Shown piece by piece: positions 19,283 to 29,443 of a DNA stretch of 64,000 bases. The notes beneath the pieces were generated by a model. The model was not told the origin of the DNA and did no database searches. It worked only from the letters and a program-made list of their open reading frames with translations. This DNA comes from Bacillota bacterium (lineage in GTDB: Bacteria; Bacillota; Clostridia; Christensenellales; CAG-138). The stretch spans positions 1,671 through 65,670 of the forward strand of contig JAEEKE010000131.1 in NCBI GenBank assembly GCA_016282255.1. Reading direction: 5' to 3'. A program made the translations under genes and the position numbers. Position 1 is the first letter of the stretch. Each line of letters opens with the position of its first letter.

Positions 19283-20422
19283 ATGGATTTTAAACTTTCC
19301 GCACAGCAGGAGCTCATGCAGCAGCTCATGCGCAGCTTCGCAGAAACCGAAGTCAAACCCCTCGCGGCTGAGATCGACGAGACCGAGCAGTATCCCCGCG
19401 CCACCGTCACAAAGATGGCCAAGAACGGCATGCTCGGCATCAACATCCCCGCTGAATACGGCGGAGCGGGCGCAGATTCTCTGAGCTACGTTATCGCGAT
19501 CGAAGAGCTTGCCAAGGTCTGCGCGACTACCGCTATCATCATGAGCGCACACACTTCGCTCGCATGCGGGCCGCTGCTTTCCTTCGGTACCGAGGGGCAG
19601 AAGCAGAAGTACCTTGTGCCCCTTGCAAAGGGCGAGAAGATCGGCGCATTCGGTCTCACCGAGCCCAATGCGGGCACCGATTCCGCCGCTCAGCAGACCA
19701 CGGCCGTGCTTGAGGGCGATCACTTCGTGCTCAATGGCAGCAAGTGCTTCATCACCAACGGCGGTCAGGCGGACGTCTACATCATCTTTGCCATGACCGA
19801 CAAGGCCAAGGGCAACCGCGGCATCTCCGCTTTCATCGTGGAGAAGGATTTCCCCGGCTTCTCCATCGGCAAGATCGAGCATAAGCTCGGCATTCGCGCC
19901 AGCGCTACCACCGAGCTGATCTTTGAGGACTGCATCGTTCCCAAGGAGAACCTCCTCGGCGAGATGAACAAGGGCTTCAAGATCGCCATGCACACCCTTG
20001 ACGGCGGCCGCGTCGGCGTTGCAGCGCAGGCGCTCGGCATCGCGGAAGGCGCGTTCAATGAGACCGTCAAGTACATGAAGGAGAGGACCCAGTTCGGAAA
20101 GCCCCTCGCTCAGTTCCAGGGTCTTCAGTGGATGGTCGCGGATATGAAGTGCGATATCGAATCCGCAAAGCTCCTTCTCTATCGCGCTGCAATGGCCAAG
20201 GACAGCGGCAAGCCCTTCTCCATGGATGCCGCTATGGCCAAGCTCCGCTGCGCTGAGACCGCTATGAGCGTCACCACCAAGTGCGTTCAGCTCCACGGCG
20301 GCTACGGCTACAGTCGCGAATATCCCCTTGAGCGCATGATGCGCGACGCCAAGATTACCGAGATCTACGAAGGCACCTCTCAGGTCCAGAAGATGGTCAT
20401 CTCGGGTCAGATCTTCAAATAA
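19283..20422 (+). CDS. bcd: Acyl-CoA dehydrogenase (butyryl-CoA dehydrogenase-like)
   Basis: FGLTEPNAGTD, NGSKCFITN, QLHGGYGY, EIYEGT. Confidence 0.9.
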   Translation: MDFKLSAQQELMQQLMRSFAETEVKPLAAEIDETEQYPRATVTKMAKNGMLGINIPAEYGGAGADSLSYVIAIEELAKVCATTAIIMSAHTSLACGPLLSFGTEGQKQKYLVPLAKGEKIGAFGLTEPNAGTDSAAQQTTAVLEGDHFVLNGSKCFITNGGQADVYIIFAMTDKAKGNRGISAFIVEKDFPGFSIGKIEHKLGIRASATTELIFEDCIVPKENLLGEMNKGFKIAMHTLDGGRVGVAAQALGIAEGAFNETVKYMKERTQFGKPLAQFQGLQWMVADMKCDIESAKLLLYRAAMAKDSGKPFSMDAAMAKLRCAETAMSVTTKCVQLHGGYGYSREYPLERMMRDAKITEIYEGTSQVQKMVISGQIFK

Positions 20423-20435
20423 GGGAGGAACTAAA

Positions 20436-21221
20436 ATGAAAATCATCGTTTGTATCAAGCAGGTTCCCGATACCACCGAAGTAAAGCTCGATCCCAAGAC
20501 CGGCCGTCTGATCCGCGACGGCGTGCCCTCCATCATCAATCCCGATGATAAGAACGCGCTCGAGCAGGCCCTCGCCATCAAGGACGAGAACCCCGGCACC
20601 ACCGTCACCGTCGTTTCCATGGGTCCTCCGCAGGCGGACGTCGCGATGCGCGAAGCGCTCGCAATGGGCGCCGATGAAGCTATCCTGATCAGCGGACGTG
20701 AGTTCGGCGGCTCCGACACCTGGGCCACCAGCTATATCATCGCGACCGCGCTCAAGAAGATCGGCGATTTCGATATCATCTTCTGCGGCCGTCAGGCCAT
20801 CGACGGCGACACCGCGCAGGTCGGTCCCCAGATCGCCGAGCAGCTCGGGATCCCTCAGATCACCTACGTGCAGTCCCTAAAGATCGAAGGACGGAAGGTC
20901 ATCTGCGAGCGTCAGCTTGAGGACGGCTATACGGTCGTCGAAGCCAATATGCCCGTGCTCCTCACCGCGATCAAGGAGCTCAATACGCCCCGTTATATGA
21001 CCCCCAAGGGCATCTACGATGCGTATAAGCAGACCGTTAAGATCTGGGGCTTCAATGACGTTCCCGTCGACGCCGAGAAGATCGGCCTCAAGGGTTCGCC
21101 CACAAACGTCAACAGGACTTTCAGCCCCGAGCCGAAGGGCAAGGGCGAAATGCTTGAGGGTGCCGACCGTAACACCGTCAAGACCCTTGTTGACAAACTC
21201 GTTGAAAAGCATCTGCTGTAA
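20436..21221 (+). CDS. etfB: Electron transfer flavoprotein beta subunit
   Basis: [32 protein letters not shown]. Confidence 0.96.
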   Translation: MKIIVCIKQVPDTTEVKLDPKTGRLIRDGVPSIINPDDKNALEQALAIKDENPGTTVTVVSMGPPQADVAMREALAMGADEAILISGREFGGSDTWATSYIIATALKKIGDFDIIFCGRQAIDGDTAQVGPQIAEQLGIPQITYVQSLKIEGRKVICERQLEDGYTVVEANMPVLLTAIKELNTPRYMTPKGIYDAYKQTVKIWGFNDVPVDAEKIGLKGSPTNVNRTFSPEPKGKGEMLEGADRNTVKTLVDKLVEKHLL

Positions 21222-21235
21222 GGGGAGGGAAAACA

Positions 21236-22417
21236 ATGGTTAAAGTAAACAGCGAAAAATGTATCGGCTGCGGCGTATGCGAGTCTTCCTGCCCCGTTGG
21301 TGCGATAAAGGTCGACGGCGTAGCCAAGATCGACTACGATACCTGTATCGGCTGCGGCGCCTGCGCCGGCAACTGCCCCTGTGAGGCGATCGACGCTGAT
21401 GCGGTCGAGAAGGACGAGCCCGATATCTCCGATTACAAAGGCGTTTGGGTCTATGCCGAACAGCGCCAGGGCGAGCTGATGCCCACCGTTTTCGAGCTTC
21501 TCGGCGAAGGCCGCAAGCTTGCCGATGACCTCGGCGTCGAGCTTTCCGCGCTGCTGCTCGGCGATGGCGTTGAGGGTCTCTCGGACAAGCTCGGTGCCTA
21601 CGGCGCCGACCGCGTCATCCTCGCGGAGAGCCCGCTCCTCAAGGATTACAATACCGAGGCCTATGCAAAGGTCATCTGCGACCTCGTTCGCGAGCGCATG
21701 CCCGAGATCATACTGATCGGCGCGACCAATATCGGCCGCGACCTCGCTCCGCGTCTCTCAGCAAGGCTCTACACCGGCCTTACCGCGGACTGCACCGGCC
21801 TTGCGATCGATCCCGAGACCAAGGGCCTGCTCCAGACCCGTCCCGCTTTCGGCGGCAACGTCATGGCAACGATCGTGACCCCTAACCACCGCCCTCAGAT
21901 GTCGACCGTTCGTCCGGGCGTTATGAAGAAGGCCGCTTACGATCCCTCGCATAAGGCGATCGTCGACCGCGCCCGCTTCGAGCTTGCCGATTCCGACATC
22001 CACACCAAGGTCGTTGAGACCGTCAAGGCCGTTAAGCAGGTCGTCAACCTCGTTGAGGCGGACGTTATCGTTTCCGGCGGCCGCGGCGTGGGCAGCAAGG
22101 AAGGTTTCAAGCTCATCGAGGAGCTGGCTGAGGTCATGGGCGGCGTTGTAGGCGCGAGCCGTGCGGCAGTCGAAGCCGGCTATATCGACGCAGATCATCA
22201 GGTCGGCCAGACCGGTAAGACCGTTCGTCCAAAGATCTACGTTGCCTGCGGCATCTCCGGCGCGATCCAGCACCGTGCGGGCATGGAGAAGAGCGAGTGC
22301 ATCATCGCGATCAACAAGAATCCCGATGCGCCCATCTTCACCGTTGCCGATTACGGCATCGTCGGCGATCTCCACAAGGTCATCCCGATGCTGATCGACG
22401 AGCTTAAAGCAAGATAA
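21236..22417 (+). CDS. etfA: Electron transfer flavoprotein alpha subunit with N-terminal 2x[4Fe-4S] ferredoxin domain
   Basis: Two CxxCxxCxxxCP motifs; [29 protein letters not shown]. Confidence 0.95.
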   Translation: MVKVNSEKCIGCGVCESSCPVGAIKVDGVAKIDYDTCIGCGACAGNCPCEAIDADAVEKDEPDISDYKGVWVYAEQRQGELMPTVFELLGEGRKLADDLGVELSALLLGDGVEGLSDKLGAYGADRVILAESPLLKDYNTEAYAKVICDLVRERMPEIILIGATNIGRDLAPRLSARLYTGLTADCTGLAIDPETKGLLQTRPAFGGNVMATIVTPNHRPQMSTVRPGVMKKAAYDPSHKAIVDRARFELADSDIHTKVVETVKAVKQVVNLVEADVIVSGGRGVGSKEGFKLIEELAEVMGGVVGASRAAVEAGYIDADHQVGQTGKTVRPKIYVACGISGAIQHRAGMEKSECIIAINKNPDAPIFTVADYGIVGDLHKVIPMLIDELKAR

Positions 22418-22432
22418 GTACTCTTAATACCG

Positions 22433-22468
22433 AAAGCACGGGGCGTCACGCTTCGTGCTTTTCCTTTT
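22433..22468 (+). terminator. Intrinsic terminator
   Basis: AAAGCACGGGGCG / CGCTTCGTGCTTT followed by T-rich tail. Confidence 0.7.
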
Positions 22469-22532
22469 GGATAAGTTGCCATCGGATGAAAAAACGTGTA
22501 TAATACCACCTTGAAGAGAGGGAAAGAGCGGC

Positions 22533-23510
22533 ATGAGCAGGAGCACAAAGAAAGCAAAAAAGAAGAACGACAGCCGACGATTCATACGCTTTTCGATCGC
22601 AGCGCTTTTGGTCCTGCTCGTCCTCGCAGTGCTGATAATCGCGTGGCTGTTCAAGCAAGGCTTCTTTTCCTCCTGCGGCCGAAAGGTCAGCGCTTACCGT
22701 TACGAGCCGCCTCGGTCCGATTGCCTCAGCGTATATGTGCTCGACGTCGGGCAGGGAGACGCCGCGATACTCGTTTCACCCTTCGGAAAGACGATGCTGA
22801 TCGACAGCGGAGACAGCTTTTGTTTCCCTGTCGTCAAGGATGCGATGGAGCAGCTCGGTATCGAAAGGCTTGACGCCGTCGTAGCGACGCATCCGCATTA
22901 CGACCATATCGGCTCCATGCCCGCGGTGCTTGATTATGCGGCAATCGGCACCTACTATATGCCCGAAGTTCCATTTGAATGCTTAGCGCAGTTCCCCGTT
23001 GATGAAGCGCTGAAAGAAAAAGGACTAGCGCCGGAGATACTTTGGTCGGGCGATACCGTCGATTGGGATGAGGAATGCACCGTTGAAGTGCTGTCTCCGG
23101 TAATATCCTGCGATTACAGCGACTATGACGCAAACGACTACAGTCTAATCCTCAGGATCTCTTATAAGGATACCGCTATTATGATGACCGGCGACGCGAC
23201 GGTAAGATCCGAGCAGCTCTCGATGTTCCATAACGAGAAGGAGAGCTTCAAGGCAATCGTGCTTCACGTCGCGCACCACGGCTCTACCACAAGCTCTTCC
23301 TATGGATTTCTTGAGACCGTAGGCGCCGAATATGCCGTGATCTCGGTCGGAGCCGACAACGAATACGGCCATCCCGATTTCGACATCCTGAACAGGCTCA
23401 ATGCCGTAGGATCCCAAACATACAGGACCGACGTCTCCGGCGCGATAACTCTGTTTCTAAACGGAGCATCCGTCGAGATATTGACCGAAAAACAGGCTGG
23501 CAAAAAGTAA
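22533..23510 (+). CDS. Membrane-anchored ComEC/Rec2-type metallo-beta-lactamase-fold hydrolase
   Basis: N-terminal TM; DVGQGDA, THPHYDHIG, TGDA, HHGS, ISVG..N.YGHP. Confidence 0.88.
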   Translation: MSRSTKKAKKKNDSRRFIRFSIAALLVLLVLAVLIIAWLFKQGFFSSCGRKVSAYRYEPPRSDCLSVYVLDVGQGDAAILVSPFGKTMLIDSGDSFCFPVVKDAMEQLGIERLDAVVATHPHYDHIGSMPAVLDYAAIGTYYMPEVPFECLAQFPVDEALKEKGLAPEILWSGDTVDWDEECTVEVLSPVISCDYSDYDANDYSLILRISYKDTAIMMTGDATVRSEQLSMFHNEKESFKAIVLHVAHHGSTTSSSYGFLETVGAEYAVISVGADNEYGHPDFDILNRLNAVGSQTYRTDVSGAITLFLNGASVEILTEKQAGKK

Positions 23511-23522
23511 AGGGAAAGATAA

Positions 23523-24407
23523 TTGTATTGTCCGGACTGTAAAATAACCGTTGAATCCGGTTCATACTGCCCCTTATGCGGCAAAAAGATGAGCGCCGAC
23601 CGCCACAATATCGGCACCCTTGTTGACCCAAGCTGTTATGATGACGATCGGCCCGTTCCGCGCAAGGGCATCCGGTTCAATTTCAGCAAGCCGCTGTGCC
23701 TCGTGTTCGCTTTGATCCTTATCGGATTCGCGCTGCTGCCGTGGTTCACTATCAGTTTCTCTGCGGCCTCGCTCATCGGCATCAGCGGCAAGGAGCTGAC
23801 AATAGTATCGTTTAGAACGTATCTTCTCGATACCTTCGGCACGATAGTAAAGCTGCTCAGCCCGATCGCCGTGATAGACGATTCGGTCAGGGCCGCAGTC
23901 GAGAGCGCCAACACGGCCATGCTGCTTATCCAGCTCTATTTCGCGGTTGCCCTTTTGAATATCGCGCTGTTCGGCATTATAGGACTGCTTTCGAAGGGAA
24001 GGGCAAGGTACTTTTTCGCAAGGGTCGGCGCGGCGCTGTATTCAATAGGATCGATCCTGGTTATCGCAGGCATCTGCATCGGCCGCGAGGTTTTAAAGAA
24101 CATGCTTGAAAGAAACGCAGGCAATCTTGCAGTACCGATAAGCGTGGATATAAAGCCCTGCGTCTGGCTGTTCATCGCCCTCGCCGCCTGTCTGCTCTTC
24201 CGGTTCGGAGGGATTAGGCTTTTAAGGTATCTTAACGGCATAAGCTCCATGAACCGCGGCGATTACAGAACGGCCGAAAGGGAATTCGAGATAATAAACT
24301 GCGTCAATAAGCTTCCGAAGAACTTTTCAAAAAGCAAATTCAAACGCGGTGCAAGGCATAACCGTTACGGCGACAGCGGCAAGGACTACGGCGACGGGGT
24401 CCTGTGA
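23523..24407 (+). CDS. Hypothetical multi-pass membrane protein with N-terminal zinc ribbon
   Basis: TTG start; CPDC...CPLCG; about four hydrophobic segments. Confidence 0.7.
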   Translation: MYCPDCKITVESGSYCPLCGKKMSADRHNIGTLVDPSCYDDDRPVPRKGIRFNFSKPLCLVFALILIGFALLPWFTISFSAASLIGISGKELTIVSFRTYLLDTFGTIVKLLSPIAVIDDSVRAAVESANTAMLLIQLYFAVALLNIALFGIIGLLSKGRARYFFARVGAALYSIGSILVIAGICIGREVLKNMLERNAGNLAVPISVDIKPCVWLFIALAACLLFRFGGIRLLRYLNGISSMNRGDYRTAEREFEIINCVNKLPKNFSKSKFKRGARHNRYGDSGKDYGDGVL

Positions 24408-24430
24408 CGGCGCATCACAAAGGAGAAATA

Positions 24431-25621
24431 ATGGCAAAGAAGAAGAATAACGATAATCGCTCCGCCTCTAAAAACGAGCGCAGGGCGGCAAGAAGAGAGA
24501 ATAAGTACACCTGGAAGCATCAGCTTCTTAAGCTGCCGCTTCTGCTGCTTATACCGCTCGGGCTCTTTCTGCCCAAGCTCGCGGCGAAGTTTCCCGATAC
24601 CGTCGAAAGCGTCTATTCCGAGAAGATCTATCCGGTGATAGCGAAGGCGCTCGGCTTTTTAAGCTCGCTCTGCCCGCTTTCGGCCGCCGAGCTTATAATA
24701 CTGTTCCTGGGCGTGCTGCTTGTACTGATCCTTATCATTCGCATCCTGAGGGTCCTTTTCGGGAAGCTCGCCAACAGGAAGCACAACAGGATACGCTGCA
24801 TCAGCTATATCCTTTCGCTCTGCGTATTCGCGGGCGTCATGCTGAATCTGTTCTACTGCCTGTGGGGCTTCAATCATTACAGATACCCTGTTTCAAAGCT
24901 TATGGACCTTGAGGTCAGGAAGTATTCGGTCGAGGAGCTCGAATCCCTTTGCCGTAGCCTTGCCGCTGACGCGAATGAGCTTCGCGGTTCCGTAGCCGAG
25001 GATGACAGGGGAGTGTTCACCATCGGCGACAAGGCGACCGTAATGAACAGCGTGGTGAACGCCTATGAGCGTCTCGGTGCGGAGAACAGCCTGTTCGGCA
25101 ACAGCGTTTATCCCGCAAAGACCGTGATCCATTCCACCGCGCTTTCAAAGCTCGATATCGTCGGCATCTATATCCCCTATACCGCCGAAGCGAACGTCAA
25201 CATCGAGCAGCCCGATCTCTACGTCCTTTCCGGCGCCGCGCATGAGACCGCGCATTATTTCGGCTTTGCGCGCGAGGATGAGGCAAACTTCCTCGCCTAT
25301 CTCGTTTCGCTGTATTCAAGCGACGTGTCGCTCAGGTATTCGGCCGCGATGTTTGCGCTCAGCCACGTTGCCAACCAGCTCTATTCCGCAGACGCGGATA
25401 AGTATTTTGAGATACATGCTGAATTATACTCCGATGGTATGAAAAGAGATCTTTTGGATTATAGAGCCTACTACCAAAAATACGAGGATCATCCTGCCAA
25501 GAAGGTGAACGACACCATCAATGATTCCTACCTCAAATACAACGGACAGAACGACGGTATCCGGAGCTACGGCCGCATGGTCGATCTGCTGCTCGCGTAC
25601 TATCTGTCAAATCAACAGTAA
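24431..25621 (+). CDS. DUF3810-like membrane protein with zincin HExxH motif
   Basis: WGFNHYR, GIYIPYTAEAN, HETAH.FGFAREDEANF, SYGRMVDLL. Confidence 0.8.
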   Translation: MAKKKNNDNRSASKNERRAARRENKYTWKHQLLKLPLLLLIPLGLFLPKLAAKFPDTVESVYSEKIYPVIAKALGFLSSLCPLSAAELIILFLGVLLVLILIIRILRVLFGKLANRKHNRIRCISYILSLCVFAGVMLNLFYCLWGFNHYRYPVSKLMDLEVRKYSVEELESLCRSLAADANELRGSVAEDDRGVFTIGDKATVMNSVVNAYERLGAENSLFGNSVYPAKTVIHSTALSKLDIVGIYIPYTAEANVNIEQPDLYVLSGAAHETAHYFGFAREDEANFLAYLVSLYSSDVSLRYSAAMFALSHVANQLYSADADKYFEIHAELYSDGMKRDLLDYRAYYQKYEDHPAKKVNDTINDSYLKYNGQNDGIRSYGRMVDLLLAYYLSNQQ

Positions 25622-25644
25622 GCCAAAAGCGCAATAATACACAG

Positions 25645-25680
25645 AAAAACAGGGCTCCTTACACGGGAAGCCCTGTTTTG
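25645..25680. terminator. Bidirectional terminator
   Basis: AAAACAGGGCT / AGCCCTGTTTT between convergent genes. Confidence 0.8.
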
Positions 25681-25694
25681 TGTTGCTTAAGCTA

Positions 25695-26783
25695 TCAGTC
25701 CTTGTCGATATCGGTTACCCAGCCGTGGGTATCGGGGATGCGGCCCCACTGCAGCCCGGTCAGGGTGTTGTAGAGCTTCATGGTCAGCTCGCCGATGCCG
25801 TTGTTGACGCTCTTGTCGCCGATGTAGATGTGCTTATCACGGTATGCAAGCTCGCCGACGGGGGAGACGACGGCAGCGGTGCCGGTGCCGAAGGCCTCCT
25901 GGAGTTTGCCGCTTTCGCCGGCCTCGAAGAGCTCGTCGACGGAGAGGGGACGCTCCTCGACCTCGATGCCCATCTCGCGGGCGAGGGTCATGACGCTGCG
26001 GCGGGTGATGCCGGGCAGGATCGTATCCTCAAGGGGAGCGGTAATGAGCTTGCCGTCGATGAGGAACATCATGTTCATTGCGCCGACTTCCTGAACGTAC
26101 TTCATGTACTCGCCGTCGAGCCAGAGCACCTGGCTGTAGCCTTCCTTCTCGGCCTCCGCGCCGGCAAGGATGGAGCAGGCATAGTTGCCGCCGGTCTTTG
26201 CGAAGCCGGTGCCGCCGCGGACCGCACGGACGTATTTGTCCTCAACGCGGATGCGGATGGGGGCGAGGCCCGCCTTGTAGTAAGCGCCGGAGGGAGCGCA
26301 GATCACGTAGTAGATGTAGTGCTTTGCGGCGTGTACGCCGAGCGCTTCATCGTTCGCGATCATAGTGGGGCGGAGATAGAGGCTGGTCCCGGGGCTGTGG
26401 GGCACCCAATCGCGCTCGACCTGTACGAGCTGACGCATGGCCTCGTAGTTGAAATCAACGTCGACAGTGGGCATGCACATACGCTCGGCGGAGGTGTTGA
26501 GACGCCTTGCGTTGTCCTTTGCGCGGAACATGAGGATGCGGTCGTCATCGGTGCGATATGCCTTCAGACCCTCGAAGATCTCCTGTGCATAGTGGAAAAC
26601 AGAGCTTGCAGGATCCATGGAGAACCTGTGATAGGGAACGATGCGTGCATCATGCCATTCACCGTCATCATAGTTCATGATGAACATATGATCCGTGAAG
26701 CGTTTACCGAAACCGAGGGAAGCTTCTTCTTCAAGCGTGGGTTTCTGCTTTAGTTCGGTTGCCTTGGTGATCTTGATATCCAT
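25695..26783 (-). CDS. ilvE: Branched-chain amino acid aminotransferase
   Basis: HYAQEIFEGLKAY, LYLRP, KTGGNY, EVGAMN, ILPGITR, GTGTAA. Confidence 0.96.
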   Translation of the reverse strand: MDIKITKATELKQKPTLEEEASLGFGKRFTDHMFIMNYDDGEWHDARIVPYHRFSMDPASSVFHYAQEIFEGLKAYRTDDDRILMFRAKDNARRLNTSAERMCMPTVDVDFNYEAMRQLVQVERDWVPHSPGTSLYLRPTMIANDEALGVHAAKHYIYYVICAPSGAYYKAGLAPIRIRVEDKYVRAVRGGTGFAKTGGNYACSILAGAEAEKEGYSQVLWLDGEYMKYVQEVGAMNMMFLIDGKLITAPLEDTILPGITRRSVMTLAREMGIEVEERPLSVDELFEAGESGKLQEAFGTGTAAVVSPVGELAYRDKHIYIGDKSVNNGIGELTMKLYNTLTGLQWGRIPDTHGWVTDIDKD

Positions 26784-26856
26784 GTTTTTTCCTCCTGAAG
26801 ATTTGTTCAGTATTTATAATTCTGCGTGCGAAGGGAACCTTCGTGCGTTAGATCGA

Positions 26857-27477
26857 TCAAAGCGGCAAGTATTCCTCGCCGATAACATTCGGGGCCGCTC
26901 GTCCGTCCGTCCTCTCAATGATATCCGAAACGAATGCATCGCATCGCTCATTTTCAACAAGGCATTCGAAGCGGATCCTGTCGGTGAACTCAACGTCCTT
27001 CACGGTGGCGTTGGCCCTTACAAAGCCCTCTATCGCGCCGTAGCGCGTGTAATCGATGCTGAACTCAATAACACTGCACGGCGTCATGGTCCTTATCTCA
27101 GAGGCGCTGAGAGCGTCTGAAGCGGACTTGGAATAGGCTCTTACGAGCCCGCCGCTGCCGAGCAGGATGCCGCCGAAATAGCGCGTTACTACTATCAGCG
27201 CATTCTCGGTCCCGCTTCTTATCAGCGTATCCATGATCGGCATGCCCGCGGTGCCGCCGGGTTCGCCGTCATCCGAAAAGCGCCTTACTCCGCCGACGAG
27301 GCTGTATGCATAACAGTTGTGCGTGGCGTCGTAATGAAGCTTGCGGACAGCTTCGAGCTTTTGGAGCGCATCCTCCTCTGATTCAACGGGGAAGCATCTG
27401 CCAATAAAGCGCGAACGGTTGATTATGAACTCCGTTTCCGACGAAACGGAAGGGGTCTTATAGGGCTTAAGCGTCAT
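26857..27477 (-). CDS. YigZ/IMPACT family protein
   Basis: SRFIG, ATHNCYAY, SDDGEPGGTAG, RYFGGILLGSGGLVRAY. Confidence 0.93.
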   Translation of the reverse strand: MTLKPYKTPSVSSETEFIINRSRFIGRCFPVESEEDALQKLEAVRKLHYDATHNCYAYSLVGGVRRFSDDGEPGGTAGMPIMDTLIRSGTENALIVVTRYFGGILLGSGGLVRAYSKSASDALSASEIRTMTPCSVIEFSIDYTRYGAIEGFVRANATVKDVEFTDRIRFECLVENERCDAFVSDIIERTDGRAAPNVIGEEYLPL

Positions 27478-27483
27478 CGAAGC

Positions 27484-28671
27484 TCAGAGCTCAGCGGCCA
27501 TTTCGCGAAGGAGATCGCCGAGGCGGCGGATGCCCTCAACGATCCTCTCCTCGGGCTCGGCGGAGAAATTGAGGCGGAAGGTGTTCTTGCCGGCGCCGGG
27601 ATTGGTGTGGAAGGGCTCGCCGGGAACAAAAGCGACCTTGCGCTCAACGGCGCGGCGGAAGAGTGCATCCGCCTCCCAGCCCTCAGGCAGCGTGCACCAG
27701 ATGAACAGACCGCCGACGGGACGCTCGTATTTCACGAATTCGGGAAAATACTTGTCCATCGCTTCGATCATGCAGTTCGCGGACCTGGCGTAAACACCGG
27801 AGATGTATTCGATGTGTTTCTCCATGCAGCCGCGATTGATGAATTCGGCAACTATCGCCTGATTAAGGTTGGGGGAGTGAGTATCGGAGCCCTGCTTTGC
27901 GATGGTCATCTTGCGGATGAGCTCCTTATTGCCGAAGCAGAGTGCGACGCGGAGGCCGGGGGAGATGGTCTTGGAAAAGCTTGAGAGCACGATCACGTTG
28001 TCGCTCGTATCGAAGCTCTTGATAGTCGGCAGCTTTTCGCCGCTGAAGCGGAGCGCCGCATAGGGATCATCCTCGATGACGAGCATATTGTGCTCGGCTG
28101 CAAGCTCGGCTATGCGCTTGCGCGCCTCAACGCCGGTAACATAGCCGGAGGGATTCTGGAAGGTGGGGATGCAGTAGAACACCACGGGATGATGCTCGTT
28201 TACTACCGCCTCGAGCTCGTCGATGTGGATGCCGTCGGCATGGATGGGGACGGTAACGAGCTTGGCCTGTGCAACGTGGAAGGTCTGCAGCGCGCCGAGG
28301 AAGCTGGGCTCCTCAACGAGAACGACGTCGCCGGGGTTGATGACGGCCTTGCAGATAAGGTCGAGGCCCTGCATAGAGCCTGTCAGCGCAAGCACGTTTT
28401 CAAGCTCGCCGTGAAGACCGTTTGAAGGCAGGATATAGTCGAGATAGGCGCGGCGCAGGGGCATATAGCCCTCGGTTGCTCCGTACTGCAGGAGAACGTC
28501 AGCCTTTTCGCTGAGAAGCTCGTCGGTGATCTTATGGATCTGCTCCTTCGGGAAGCAGGCCTTTGATGGATTGCCGCCGCCGAAGGAAATGATCGCAGGG
28601 TCGCCGAGAAGCTTAAAAAGCTCTCTGATGGCGCTGCCGGAAACACCTTGCATTCTGTTTGCGATTTGCAT
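27484..28671 (-). CDS. PLP-dependent class I/II aminotransferase (LysN/aromatic type)
   Basis: ISFGGGNP, LQYGATEG, FQNPSG, EDDPY, SFSKTISPGLR. Confidence 0.9.
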   Translation of the reverse strand: MQIANRMQGVSGSAIRELFKLLGDPAIISFGGGNPSKACFPKEQIHKITDELLSEKADVLLQYGATEGYMPLRRAYLDYILPSNGLHGELENVLALTGSMQGLDLICKAVINPGDVVLVEEPSFLGALQTFHVAQAKLVTVPIHADGIHIDELEAVVNEHHPVVFYCIPTFQNPSGYVTGVEARKRIAELAAEHNMLVIEDDPYAALRFSGEKLPTIKSFDTSDNVIVLSSFSKTISPGLRVALCFGNKELIRKMTIAKQGSDTHSPNLNQAIVAEFINRGCMEKHIEYISGVYARSANCMIEAMDKYFPEFVKYERPVGGLFIWCTLPEGWEADALFRRAVERKVAFVPGEPFHTNPGAGKNTFRLNFSAEPEERIVEGIRRLGDLLREMAAEL

Positions 28672-28709
28672 AGTTCGACCTCCGTACAATGATAGGATTC
28701 TATACGTTC

Positions 28710-28738
28710 ATTTTAGTCCTTTAGGGCTTTGGTTGCAA
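28710..28738 (-). promoter_or_regulatory. SigA promoter of the aminotransferase gene
   Basis: Minus strand TTGCAA-17 nt-TAAAAT. Confidence 0.6.
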
Positions 28739-28798
28739 ATATATTTGCCTTGTTTCGGCCGTGAATCGGCAGAGACGGCCGAATATACCAAATGCGGC

Positions 28799-29431
28799 TC
28801 AAAACAGGCTCTTTTCACTGTCGGCAAGCAAGTTCAGATACTCCCTTTGGAGCATTGCGTACTGTTTTTCGCTGCGCCACTGAAGCCTGCCTTTGAGGCG
28901 CATATAGCGCGATGATTTAAACTCGCCTTCTTTACGCATGCCGATGCGCTGCATCACTCTTTCGGAAGCCGCATTCTCGCTGTCACAGCGGGCATAGATA
29001 CGGTGAAGGTCGAGGCATGTGAAGCCGAAGCGGAGCAAGCCTTCTGCTGCTTCGGCGGCATACCCAAAGCCCCAGTACTTCTTGTCGAGGATGTACCCCA
29101 GCTCCGCCTGAAGGCGATCCGTCGATAGAAAAAGCCCGGCCGATCCGATCATTTCGCCTGTTTCGCGCAGGCAGATCGCGAAATCATAGAGCCTTCTTTC
29201 GGACGTGAGCTGCTCCTTGAGCCTTGAAAATACGAAGTTCTCGGCGTCCTCACGGTTTTCGATACCCAGATCCATATAAACGGTGTTTTCGGGGTCGCAA
29301 ACGTACGCGGATACGGATTCGAAGTCATCGGCGTTGAATTCGCGTACGATAAGCCTTTCGGTTTCAAACACAATGAAATCGATAGCTGTTTCGCCGTCAT
29401 AGATCATATCGTTCGCTTCGGTACTGTTCAT
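28799..29431 (-). CDS. GNAT acetyltransferase, RimJ/RimL family
   Basis: ETERL, ELGYIL...YWGFGYAAEA, N.AS.RVMQRIGM..EG. Confidence 0.88.
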   Translation of the reverse strand: MNSTEANDMIYDGETAIDFIVFETERLIVREFNADDFESVSAYVCDPENTVYMDLGIENREDAENFVFSRLKEQLTSERRLYDFAICLRETGEMIGSAGLFLSTDRLQAELGYILDKKYWGFGYAAEAAEGLLRFGFTCLDLHRIYARCDSENAASERVMQRIGMRKEGEFKSSRYMRLKGRLQWRSEKQYAMLQREYLNLLADSEKSLF

Positions 29432-29443
29432 TAAGCCGCAGTA

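Noticed and set aside
19220-20728. 502-aa ORF antisense to bcd/etfB; similar shadows over ilvE (25680-26753), arcA (36348-37631) and pyrD (45060-46196)
   Set aside because: Each fully overlaps a confidently identified gene; the lack of stops is explained by codon usage.
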